This document shows positions 54,781-64,000 of a stretch of DNA of 64,000 nt, piece by piece. The number at the start of each line of letters is the position of its first letter. The first letter of the stretch is position 1. The stretch spans positions 1 through 64,000 of the IMG/VR virus record IMGVR_UViG_3300031539_000004; one strand, given 5' to 3'. The DNA is from a virus. The translations under genes were made by a program, and so were the position numbers. The notes under the pieces were generated by a model. That model was not told the origin of the DNA, ran no database searches, and saw nothing but the letters and a program-made list of their open reading frames with translations.

Positions 54781-56358
54781 ATGCATTGGGAACTGCTCCA
54801 CGGCGACTGCCTCGCCGAGATGGCGAAGCTCAAGGACGGGTCCGTCGACGCGGTGGTCACCGACCCGCCGTATGGGCTGAGCTCGCCCCCTGACATCGCT
54901 GAGGTGCTGCGGCACTGGCTGGCCGGCGAGACCTACGAGCATCGCGGGAAGGGGTTCATGGGCCGCGAGTGGGACTCGTTCGTGCCGGGGCCGGCGGTGT
55001 GGGCCGAGGCGATGAGGGTCCTGAAGCCGGGCGGTCACGCCGTCGTGTTCGCGGGGACCCGGACGATGGACCTGATGTCGATGGCGCTCCGACTCGCCGG
55101 CTTCGAGATCCGTGACACCCTCATGTGGCTGTACGGGCAGGGGTTCCCGAAGTCCCACAACGTCGGCAAGGCGGTCGACAAGATCCTCGGGGCCGAGCGC
55201 GACGAGGAGCTGGTCCCGACGAGGGCCGGGAACGCTGAGCGGCGAGGCGAGGGCGACCAGGGCGCGACGTATGGCGATTCGCACGGCGGGTTCACGTCGA
55301 TCTCCGAGCCGGTCACCGAGGAGGCCGCGGCGTGGGAGGGGTGGGGCACCGCGCTGAAGCCGGCGTGGGAGCCGATCATCCTGTGCCGGAAGCCGATGGG
55401 GCAGACGACCGCGGCGTCCGTGCTCGAGCATGGGACGGGGGCGATCAACATCGACGGCTGCCGGTTGGGCGGTGAGGTCCCGCAGGTGACGCAGGGCAAG
55501 GGCGCGCTCTTCGACGGGTTGAAGGAGACGGCGTCGACCGCGCCGCAGCAGTCGCACCCGCATGACGCCGGCCGGTGGCCGACGAACGGTGCGCTGTCGC
55601 ACTCCGAGGGCTGCGAGCTGGTCGGCACGAAGGAGGTCGAAGGAGCGCCGGGTACTCGGTGTTCGTTCTGGCCCGACGAGTGCGAGGGCCACGGGCACGA
55701 GCGGGCGCAGTCGGGCGTGACGAAGCACGGGTCGCCGCCGCCGGGATGGGTGCCGCCGGGGATGAAGAAGGTCTCGACGGGCACGCACTACCCGGCCACG
55801 CGCGGCGAGGGCGGGATCGGCAACCCCGGCCATGCCGGCCAAGAGGGCCTCGAGGATCAGCAGCCGAAGACGGAGATCGTGGAGGACTGGTCGTGCGTCG
55901 AGGGTTGCCCGATCGCGATGCTCGACGCGCAGACCGGTGTCTCGGGGCCCGGCTACTTCCCTCCGGTGCGCCAGGCCGGCACCAAGAATGTGTACGGGAC
56001 GTGGGCGTCGGTCGACGCACCCGAGAACGAGCGGTTCACGACGCCGGGTGGCGGGTCGAGGTTCTTCTACTGCGGGAAGGCGTCCCGAGTGGACCGCGAC
56101 TACGGGCTGCCGGCCGGCGAGGAGAACAAGCACCCGACGGTGAAGCCTCTCGATCTGATGAGGTGGCTCGTCCGGTTGGTCACCCCGCCCGAGGGGACGG
56201 TCCTCGATCCGTTCACCGGCTCGGGGTCGACGGGCGCGGCGTCGCTGCTCGAGGGGTTCGACTTCGTTGGCTGCGAGCAGGACCCCGAGTTCGCCGAGCT
56301 CGCCCGCCAGCGGATCGGCAAGGCCGCCGAGTCTGGACATCAGGCCAGCCTGTTCTGA
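54781..56358 (+). CDS. N4C/N6A DNA methyltransferase (beta-class layout) with large internal insert
   Basis: GDCLAEM…VTDPPYGL; WLYGQGFPKSHN; GTALKPAWEPI; HPTVKPLDLMRWLVRL; LDPFTGSGST. Confidence 0.93.
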   Translation: MHWELLHGDCLAEMAKLKDGSVDAVVTDPPYGLSSPPDIAEVLRHWLAGETYEHRGKGFMGREWDSFVPGPAVWAEAMRVLKPGGHAVVFAGTRTMDLMSMALRLAGFEIRDTLMWLYGQGFPKSHNVGKAVDKILGAERDEELVPTRAGNAERRGEGDQGATYGDSHGGFTSISEPVTEEAAAWEGWGTALKPAWEPIILCRKPMGQTTAASVLEHGTGAINIDGCRLGGEVPQVTQGKGALFDGLKETASTAPQQSHPHDAGRWPTNGALSHSEGCELVGTKEVEGAPGTRCSFWPDECEGHGHERAQSGVTKHGSPPPGWVPPGMKKVSTGTHYPATRGEGGIGNPGHAGQEGLEDQQPKTEIVEDWSCVEGCPIAMLDAQTGVSGPGYFPPVRQAGTKNVYGTWASVDAPENERFTTPGGGSRFFYCGKASRVDRDYGLPAGEENKHPTVKPLDLMRWLVRLVTPPEGTVLDPFTGSGSTGAASLLEGFDFVGCEQDPEFAELARQRIGKAAESGHQASLF

Positions 56359-56371
56359 CAGACTGGTCGCC

Positions 56372-56686
56372 ATGACGTTCGAGGAGTGGCTGACGACCGG
56401 GATCGCCGAGGGCTGGTGCAGCGAACCGGGGTGCGCCGCGCATGACGGGCCGCCGCTCACCGAGGCCGAGGCCGAGCTGTACAACGCTCACCCCGACGAC
56501 TGGCCCGGCGGGTTCGATCCGTTGGACCGGTGCCTGCCGGTGGTGCGGCTGTTCGGGCCGGATGGTCCCGAGGCGGTCCCGTCGATGGTTCCCGAGGGGA
56601 TGGTCGGGGTTCCGGTGGCGGCGAGGCCCGAGGGCGCGGGGGCTGGTTCCCCGTCGCTGGGGCTGGTTCCCGAGGCCGAGGGCTGA
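56372..56686 (+). CDS. Hypothetical protein
   Basis: WCSEPGCAAHDG…DRC motif. Confidence 0.5.
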   Translation: MTFEEWLTTGIAEGWCSEPGCAAHDGPPLTEAEAELYNAHPDDWPGGFDPLDRCLPVVRLFGPDGPEAVPSMVPEGMVGVPVAARPEGAGAGSPSLGLVPEAEG

Positions 56687-56705
56687 CCCCGAAAGAATCT
56701 TCCCG

Positions 56706-56740
56706 CTGTAGTTGATCTGACTACACCGGCATGGTACGTT
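56706..56740 (+). promoter_or_regulatory. Operator/promoter
   Basis: CTGTAG ttgatctga CTACAC; -35 TTGATC, 17 bp, -10 TACGTT; the segment CTACACCGGCATGGTACGTTGTG is identical to 2883-2905. Confidence 0.85.
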
Positions 56741-56746
56741 GTGTAC

Positions 56747-57968
56747 ATGAAGAACACCGAAGCCCCCACCACCCGCAAGGCCCAAGACGTCACCGAAGGC
56801 GACGCCCTCGCTAACGGCGGCACGGTCACCCGGAACTACCGCCGCTGCGGCCGGCAGGTCATCAGCTACACCGACCGCAACGGCAACCACGCCTCGATGG
56901 TGAAGGCCCCCGCCGCCCCGGTCGCCCTCGCCCGCTGAATCGCCCACCAACCCACCACCAAGGAGAAGCCGACATGGCCCCCAAGACCCCCCGACTCGTA
57001 GAGGTCGACCCGCCGCCCCGCGGCTCGTCGCTGCCCACCGGTCACGACCACCCGAACCTCGAGGCCGCGGTCGCTCGGTCCCGCAAGCGGACCAAGATGG
57101 CCGACCTCGGCGAGCACCCCCTCGCCGTCGACTTCGACTACCACGGCCACACCGAGGCCGAGCTGCGGATGGCCTTCGCGGCGGTGGTCAGCGATGAGAA
57201 CTGGAAGCTCGGCGTGAACGCCTGCTTCCCGGCGCTCAACTCCGACGAGCGGAAGCTGGTCGGCGACGCCCTCATCTTTTACTGCGGCAGCCCGGCCGAG
57301 GTGTACGACGTGGACGGCATGGTCTTCGTGGTCGCCGCCGGGTACTACGCCTGCATCGGGTCATGACGATGACCCGGCCGATCGTGACCAAGGCCCCGTG
57401 CGCGAAGTGCCCCTTCCGCAAGGACGTGCCGATCTACCTCCGGGCTGGTGCCCGCGAGGAGATCGCCCGGGCGTTGGCCGACGGCCGCGGGTTCCCGTGC
57501 CACGCCACGGTCAACTACGACACCGACGAGGAGGACGAGGAGGGCGCGACCATCCCCGACCAGTCGGCCGCTTCGGAGTGCGCTGGCGCGGTCGCCGCCC
57601 TCGAGCTGTCGGGCGGCTCGTCGCAGCTTGCCCGCATCGCTGAACGGCTCGGCGACCTCGACCCCGACCGGCCCGGCCACCACGACGACGTCTGGCCGCT
57701 CCATGAGTGGCCGCTGCTCGCCGCGGGCGCGACCGGCGACAACCCCGAAGAGGAGGAGTACGAGGGCGACACCTGCTCGGTCGTGAACGCTGGCTGCGAG
57801 GCCCCCGCCGGGTACCTCGGGACGGGTGGCGCGGTGGTCCACGGCGTCGAGCACACCGACAACTACTGCCCCGGGTGTGGCGACCCGGTCTGCGAGACCT
57901 GCATGGCCGATGAGGAGCTGTGCCCGACCTGCCTCGAGTACGAGGCCGACATGGAGGAGGTGAGCTGA
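56747..57968 (+). CDS. Early operon of three orphans (56747-56938, 56974-57366, 57363-57968 Cys-rich)
   Basis: Leaderless first gene; PCAKCPFRKD…FPCH…ECAG motif in the third. Confidence 0.6.
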
Positions 57969-60879
57969 TGCCACGCCTACACAACACGCTGGTCGTGATC
58001 GCGGCGTTCGTGACGCTGGTCGCCGCGGGGGCCCCGTCCCTGCCCGGCTGGTCGAAATGGATGTGCGGCGTAGTCCTAGCGGCTACGGTGCTCCGAGCCG
58101 CGAACGTTGAGCACGACGTCAATGAAGGAGGCCCCGAGTGGGGAACTGGATGACCGTGATGATCGAGGGCGAGATCCCCGCCGATGAGGTGGCTCCGCTC
58201 ACCGCTTGGCTCCAGGGGCCGCGGTTCGATGGCGGGTCGATGGACGACCCCGAGTGGGCGCGGCTTGGCCCGCTCACGATCTCGGGTGGTCTGGCCGGTC
58301 TCGGTTCATGGCCGGCCGAGACGGTGATGAGGATCGGGAACTGCTACGAGCGTGACTACACGCCCGAGTCGGTCGCCGATCATCTCGGGCGTGCGCTCGA
58401 GGCCGCGCCCGGCATGGACCTGAAGGTTCACTGCGGCGGCGACTACGAGTCGCTCGAGGTGGTCGCTTCGGTGCTGGCGCGGGGCGGGACCGTCGGTGTC
58501 GGCGAGGCGGTGCGGACGGTGATCCCGCCGATCCCGTCGGAGCAGGTCGAAGCGAACCTGATGAGGGCGCTGACTCAGGGGGTCGACCGGTGAAGCGGTG
58601 CCTGCAGTGGTTCGGGTACGGGTGGGCGATGCCTCCCGGCTGGCGTCACCGTGCCAAGCGTCGCGAGGAGGCCCGCCGTGCCGCGTCCCGATGACCGGCA
58701 TCTGATCTCGGTGAACCGGACCCGCGAGGGTCTGTTCTCCGCTGCTTGCACCTGCGGGTGGGAGGCCGGCCCCGCGGTCGCGGTTCATCCCGAGCTCGCC
58801 GACGCGGTGAATCTGCACGGGTCGGCGAACCCGAGGGAGGCTCCGACGCTCTCCGATTGCGGCGACTGCGGCGTCGAGGCCGGTGAGCCGCACCTCGAGG
58901 GCTGCGACGTGGCCCGGTGCTTGGTGACTGGTCGCCAGCAGTTGTCGTGCGGCGGTTTCGATCATCCCGGCCAGAGCTGCGGGGTGGACGTCTGGACCGG
59001 CCAGTGGCCCGGCGAGGCTGAGGCGGTCCGGTACGGGCTGTGGCGTGATGATCTGGTGGGCTTCGAAGGGGCGCAGGTGCCGGATGTGAGTCGGCTGATG
59101 TCGGTCGGCCGGTGGGACCAGGACCGCGCTGAGTGGGTCATCGACGGCGAGGAGTCGGGCTGATGGGTTGGTGGGCGCACTTGGCCGATGACCGAGGCAA
59201 CGACGAGGGGTCGTGGAACTTCACGCACAACACGAACGGGATGATCGCCGAGGCGCTGCAGGCGGCGACGGGCGAGACGGTCGAGGAGTGCGGTGGCCCG
59301 CTCGGGCCGGTGATCGGGCCGGCGTGGTGGGAACGGCTCAACGGGATGACCGGCCCCGAGGGCGGCGAGTTCCTCGACACGATCGTGAAGGCGCTGATGG
59401 CCGACCCGGTCCGGTTCGAAGCGATGAACCCGGAGAACGGGTGGGGGTCCTACGAGTCGCTGTTGAAGGTGCTGGCCGACATGCGGGACTCGGTGCCCGA
59501 GTGGCCGTGCGTCTGGCAGGCGAGCGGATGAGCGCGCCGACCCCGGAGGTGGTGTCGGTCCCGGCGGTGAGGCTCGCCGACGGTTCGATCCATGTGGGGC
59601 TGCCCGAGAACCTGACCCGCGACCACGGTGGCGGGGTGTGGCTGCTGGACGAGGGCGGCGTCGGCTACTACGGGTCGACCAACGCTGTGCGGGTGATGGC
59701 CGCCGAGCTGGTCGAGGACGCTCAGGGTGAACGGGACCGGGCGGGCGAGTCGATGCAGACCGAGGCGGCCGTGGACTGGCTCGAGGAGGCGACCGAGCAG
59801 GCGGCGGGGCTGCGGCTCCTGGCCGACGAGATCGATCAATGGGAGCGCGACCGTGTTCGGCCGGCCGGGTTGTGCGGGTGTCCGCTGTGCCCGGATTCGT
59901 CTCACGGCGGCGAGCTCGGGGAGGTGGAGTGATGGGGCGAGCTGAGCGACGGAACCAGGCGAGGCGGCATCGGCCCCCGAGGCGGGTGCAACGCGACCGG
60001 GCGCTGCGGCGACGGATGACCGAGGCCGAGCTGGTCTCGGTGTTCCCGGCCGGCGCTCACAACAACAGGCGCGACATTGAGCGGGCGATGCAGGCGTCCC
60101 ACGACGCGCTGATCGCCGAGCTCGGGGCGCGGCGGCGCTCGGGGGTGACGTGGATGGTCTACGAGCGGGCGCAGTGGGCCGCGCCGATGCGTGACCTGTT
60201 CGCCGACCCCGACTTCGATGGGCTGCGGACGTTCCTCGAGGGTGACGACGTGGTGCTGGTGGTCGCGTTCGCCGAGGCCGACCCCGAAGCCGATGACCAC
60301 CAACCCAAGGAGCAGACCGATGAGTGAGACCGCAGCGCAGATCAACGACCAGATGGACGAGCACGGCATCGAGTGGGGCGTCCGCTACCGCGACCCCGCA
60401 TCCGGGTTCGAAGGCGAGCCGACGGGCCTCTACTTCTTCAAGCACGGCTGCCTGCGGGTGGCGTTGCGAGGGGTGAACCGGACGACCGGGGAGCCGGCCG
60501 AGTTCACGTTCGACGCGCCCGAGCTGGTCGCGGTGGAGACGGCTGAGCCGGTGCCGGCTGGCTCGAGGAACGGCGGCCCGCACGATCTGGCTCCGGTCGG
60601 TCGGCCATCGATGCCGCGGCTGGCTGGCCCGCAGCGCGGCTGATGGCGGTCGCCCCGGCGTTCTTCGAAGCTGAACGTAAGGCGCTCGGCCTCGAGCGGT
60701 GGCCCGACGCCGGGGAGCGGATCACGTTCCTACGGCGTCGGAGCACCGAGTGGGAGACCGGCGAGGTGGTGCGGGTGTGGGTCGGCATCGAGGTGATGAT
60801 CGATCTGGCCGAGGGCGCTGCGTTGTGCCCGGCGCTCGGCGACGAGTTCGTGGCCCGACCTTCGACGCGCATCGAGTGA
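57968..60879 (+). CDS. Run of small orphans (57968-58153, 58150-58593, 58590-58694, 58678-59163, 59163-59531, 59528-59932, 59932-60327, 60320-60643, 60643-60879)
   Basis: Continuous chain of overlapping start/stop codons. Confidence 0.5.
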
Positions 60880-60900
60880 GGTGCGCTGTGCTCGCCGGTA

Positions 60901-60933
60901 GTAGTTGCTTCGGCTACAGACGGCGGGTAGGGT
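60901..60933 (+). promoter_or_regulatory. Operator/promoter upstream of helicase
   Basis: GTAG ttgcttcgg CTAC; -35 TTGCTT, 17 bp, -10 TAGGGT. Confidence 0.8.
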
Positions 60934-60968
60934 CCGCGAACCGACCGATGGAGTGAAGGAGGAGCCGA

Positions 60969-63101
60969 ATGGCGCAGGACTTTGTGCGAGTGAGCAAGGG
61001 CCAGATCCGCCAGTACGCGTGCCCCGAGTGCGGTGCGAGGCCCGGCGGCTACTGCGAGGGCCGCGAGGAGACCGGCACGAACCATCGGGAGCGGATGATC
61101 GTCGCGCAGAACGCCGAGTACGAGCGGGTCAACGGTCACCCGTTCGAACGGCCCGAGGAGCCGACGCCGGCCGCCGAGCCGCATCCTTTCGAGATGCCGG
61201 GGCGCGAGTTCACCGACGCCGAGATGCCGGCGATGGCCCCGGAGGTGCGCCCGGCCCCGAGCTCGGCCCCGAGTCGGGCGATCACCGGGGGGTTCGCTCC
61301 GACCGACGAGCAGCTCGAGGCGGTGGACCTGGCGGTGACCGGCGACAACCTCGCCGTCGAGGCGCTGGCGGGGACGGGCAAGACGACCACGTTGAACCTG
61401 ATCGCCGAGGCGAAGCCCGAGGACGGGATCTACGTCGCGTTCAACAAGGCGATCGTGACCGAGGCGAAGCAGAAGTTCCCGAGCCGGGTGACGTGCGCGA
61501 CCTCGCACTCCCTGGCGTTCCGGGCGGTCGGCCACCGGTACAAGCACCGGTTGAACGGGCCGCGGATGAAGTCGTGGCAGATCGCGAAGCGGCTCGGGAT
61601 CGGTTCGCAGCCGGTCGAGACTTCGTTGGGACGCCAGATGTTCCCGGCCGACAAGATCGCCGGGATGGTGATGAAGGGCGTCCGGGTGTTCTGCCAGTCA
61701 GCGGACCGTGAGATCGGGACCCGCCACATCCCGCTGCCGACGACGATGCGCGACGACCCGGAGATGACGATTGCGTTCGGGATGATCCGCGACAGCCTCG
61801 GCGATGAGATCCGGGCGGCGTGGGCCGACGTGCGGAAGGTCGACGGGCAGCTCCCGTTCGATCACAACGCCTACCTGAAGCTGTGGTACCTCGAGGACCC
61901 GTTCATCGCGACGGACTACATCCTGTTCGATGAGGCGCAGGACGCGAACGGGGTGACGCTCGCGATCGTGGAGGCGCAGAACGATCACGCTCAGCTCGTC
62001 TTCGTCGGCGACCGCCATCAGGCGATCTACGGGTGGAACGGCGCGGTGAACGCGATGGAGCGGGTCGAGGTGGCGCATCGGGCGTGGCTGACGACGTCCT
62101 TCCGGTTCGGCCCCGAGATCGCTGAGGCGGCGAACGAGGTGCTCGACCTCCTCGGAGCGGAGCACCATGTGATCGGCGCGGGCCGGCCAGGGACCCGAGG
62201 CGAGTGCGACGACCCGTCGATCCTGTTGTCGAGGACGAACGCTGGCGCGGTGATGGGCGCGCTCGAGGAGATCGAGAATGGCGGCCGGCCGCATGTGATC
62301 GGCGGCGCGGACGACGTGGTCGGCTTCGCTCGGGCGGCGTCGAAGCTGCAGCGGGGCGAGATGGTCTCCCATCCCGACCTGATCTGCTTCACGTCATGGG
62401 GCGAGGTGAGGGCCTACGTCAAGAACGACGAGCTGGGATCGGACCTCGCTCTGCTGGTCGGCATCATCGACCAGTTCGGCGCGGACGAGATCGTGGACCT
62501 CCTTGAGCACCAGCCGCGCGAGCGGGACGCCACGCTGATCCTGTCGACGGCTCACAAGGCGAAGGGCCGGGAGTGGGAGTCGGTGAGGCTCACCCCGGAT
62601 CTGGCGAAGTCGGGGACCGAGGAGCAGCGGTTGCGCTATGTGGCGACGACTCGGGCGAAGGCTCACCTCGATGACGCGAAGCTGCTGGCGAAGCTGGCCG
62701 AGGATGATGAGCTCGCCGATGAGCTGAACCTCGATGAGCAGATGGTGATGGCGTCGCTCGACCAGGCCGCTGCCGATGAGGCGGCCGCTGAGGGGCCTGT
62801 CGTGGCCGCCGAGGCACCGGAGGCCCCACCGGCCCCCGCCGTTGTGGATGAGGCGGTGAGGGCCTACGAGCGTGCGTTCGGGCGGGAGGCGCTCGAGCGG
62901 CAGGAGGTGGCGGCCAGAGCCGCGGGTCGGCTTCTGGCGGCGGCGGGCGAGGTGGTGAAGCACCAGACGGCGATGATGGGCTGGCCGAGGGATCCGAACA
63001 GCCCGATGTACGAGCTGGCCGAGGCTGGCCGCGAGGCCGACCTGGCGATGTGTGCGGCCGGCTGGATCGAACCCGACGACGAAGAAGTGGAGCTCTTCTG
63101 A
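60969..63101 (+). CDS. UvrD/Rep-like SF1 helicase with N-terminal Zn finger
   Basis: CPECGARPGGYC; ALAGTGKTT; FDEAQD; VGDRHQAIYGW; TTSFRFG; STAHKAKGREW; YVATTRAK. Confidence 0.92.
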   Translation: MAQDFVRVSKGQIRQYACPECGARPGGYCEGREETGTNHRERMIVAQNAEYERVNGHPFERPEEPTPAAEPHPFEMPGREFTDAEMPAMAPEVRPAPSSAPSRAITGGFAPTDEQLEAVDLAVTGDNLAVEALAGTGKTTTLNLIAEAKPEDGIYVAFNKAIVTEAKQKFPSRVTCATSHSLAFRAVGHRYKHRLNGPRMKSWQIAKRLGIGSQPVETSLGRQMFPADKIAGMVMKGVRVFCQSADREIGTRHIPLPTTMRDDPEMTIAFGMIRDSLGDEIRAAWADVRKVDGQLPFDHNAYLKLWYLEDPFIATDYILFDEAQDANGVTLAIVEAQNDHAQLVFVGDRHQAIYGWNGAVNAMERVEVAHRAWLTTSFRFGPEIAEAANEVLDLLGAEHHVIGAGRPGTRGECDDPSILLSRTNAGAVMGALEEIENGGRPHVIGGADDVVGFARAASKLQRGEMVSHPDLICFTSWGEVRAYVKNDELGSDLALLVGIIDQFGADEIVDLLEHQPRERDATLILSTAHKAKGREWESVRLTPDLAKSGTEEQRLRYVATTRAKAHLDDAKLLAKLAEDDELADELNLDEQMVMASLDQAAADEAAAEGPVVAAEAPEAPPAPAVVDEAVRAYERAFGREALERQEVAARAAGRLLAAAGEVVKHQTAMMGWPRDPNSPMYELAEAGREADLAMCAAGWIEPDDEEVELF

Positions 63102-63238
63102 TGAACGTGACAGTGACGACGTGGACCTGCGATCGGTGCGGCGCGACGGTCGAGACCGACCAGGGCGAGCAGCCGAAGGACTGGTCGGCGGTGAAGTTGA
63201 CGGGTCATCGTTCGGCGTCGTTGTGGGGGAGGCCGTGA
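63101..63238 (+). CDS. Small Zn-ribbon peptide
   Basis: WTCDRCG; TGATG coupling on both sides. Confidence 0.4.
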   Translation: MNVTVTTWTCDRCGATVETDQGEQPKDWSAVKLTGHRSASLWGRP

Positions 63239-63642
63239 TGCTCACGTCGGTCGTGTGTGAGGAGATCATCGCCGAGGCTCGGGACCGGCTGAGGCCGACG
63301 ACGACCACGGCCACGTCCTGCCACGCGCTGAAGGTGCGGCGCGGCACGATCGCCGCGAGGGCGCTCGCCGAGCTCGGCTGGCCGTTCCTCGACGCGCAGG
63401 TCGTCCGGTACGGGCCGGGCGGCGGGTACGACTGGCACGTCGATGGGCCAGGGCGGGCGACGACGCTGCTCGTGCAGCTCTCCGAGCCGGGCGACTACGA
63501 GGGCGGGCTGGTCGAGGTGCGAGGCTGGCCCGAGGCCCCGACCGGGCGGGGGTCGGCTGCGGAGTGGCCGGCGCAGTTCCCGCACAGGACGACCGAGGTG
63601 ACCGCAGGCGAGCGGTGGGCGCTCGTCTCCTGGCGGCCATGA
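63238..63642 (+). CDS. 2OG-Fe(II) oxygenase (prolyl-hydroxylase-like)
   Basis: QVVRYGPGGGYDWHVD (HxD), LVQLSEPGDYEGG, distal H (FPHR) and 2OG-binding R (GERWALVSW). Confidence 0.85.
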   Translation: MLTSVVCEEIIAEARDRLRPTTTTATSCHALKVRRGTIAARALAELGWPFLDAQVVRYGPGGGYDWHVDGPGRATTLLVQLSEPGDYEGGLVEVRGWPEAPTGRGSAAEWPAQFPHRTTEVTAGERWALVSWRP

Positions 63643-64000
63643 CCGGCCCGTTCCGGGTGGTCGACGGGGTGGGCCACGTCGGCGACCGGGCGTTCCCGGT
63701 GTGGGAGGTGGACGACCGGACCTCGCAGCCGTGGTCGCCGACGCTCGGGTTCTGGATCCGGTGGGTCAACGGGTGGGCGGCGCTCGTCCGGTGGCCGACC
63801 GTCCCGACGGGCGACGACCGGTTGGATCCGCCCGGTGAGCGGTGCGTCCTCGAGCGGGGCGCGGTCGGTCTGGTGAAGCAACGACGATCCGTCTACGACG
63901 GCGAAGGCCCCGACGCTGCTCGGGTGTTCACGGAGCGGTGGTCGCGGCCCCCCGAGATCGGGCTGACCGCCGTCGAGGCGCTGGCGGTCCTCGCCGAGAC
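63639..64000 (+). CDS. Partial hypothetical protein (3' truncated)
   Basis: ATGA overlap; frame open to the window end. Confidence 0.5.
   Translation, partial: MTGPFRVVDGVGHVGDRAFPVWEVDDRTSQPWSPTLGFWIRWVNGWAALVRWPTVPTGDDRLDPPGERCVLERGAVGLVKQRRSVYDGEGPDAARVFTERWSRPPEIGLTAVEALAVLAE

Noticed and set aside
55440-56050. Intein in the second methyltransferase
   Set aside because: No splice-junction C/S…HN-C/S/T pattern or LAGLIDADG motifs.
1-64000. Integrase, CI-type repressor, terminase, portal, capsid, prophage boundaries
   Set aside because: No such motifs or host genes in the window; lifestyle cannot be determined here.

Overview
The window is a 64-kb slice of a high-GC siphovirus genome. 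The host is most likely an actinomycete, judged from the SSB style, the Rpf-like lysozyme, TANNNT leaderless promoters and the actinophage-type tail genes. Terminase, portal, capsid and integrase lie outside the window. Left arm (1-28.3 kb): head-tail and tail genes, a 2490-aa tape measure protein, Cys-rich minor tail/fibre genes, holin and amidase endolysin. Inserted in it are a VUT transporter + QueF-like + TGT/DpdA-like cassette and two sulfotransferase genes. Right arm (28.3-64 kb): early, recombination and replication genes (Gam, SSAP-like, HIRAN, SSB, three HNHs, VRR-NUC, initiator with internal iterons, DnaB_N/AAA helicase, UvrD-like helicase), two DNA methyltransferases, a GNAT, an Rpf-like transglycosylase, an M23 peptidase between two non-canonical tRNA-like elements, a 2OG-Fe(II) oxygenase and many small orphans. 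Best leads: (1) a palindromic operator GTAG-N9-CTAC, at least 15 exact copies, built into sigma-A-type promoters of mostly leaderless genes, with the only perfect copy in front of a small HTH gene; (2) a salvage-only 7-deazaguanine DNA-modification cassette; (3) two sulfotransferases interleaved with Cys-rich tail-fibre genes, suggesting virion sulfation; (4) tRNA-like elements lacking the 8-9 connector, one apparently split by a 43-nt insert. All family assignments come from reading motifs by eye; no database search was run.
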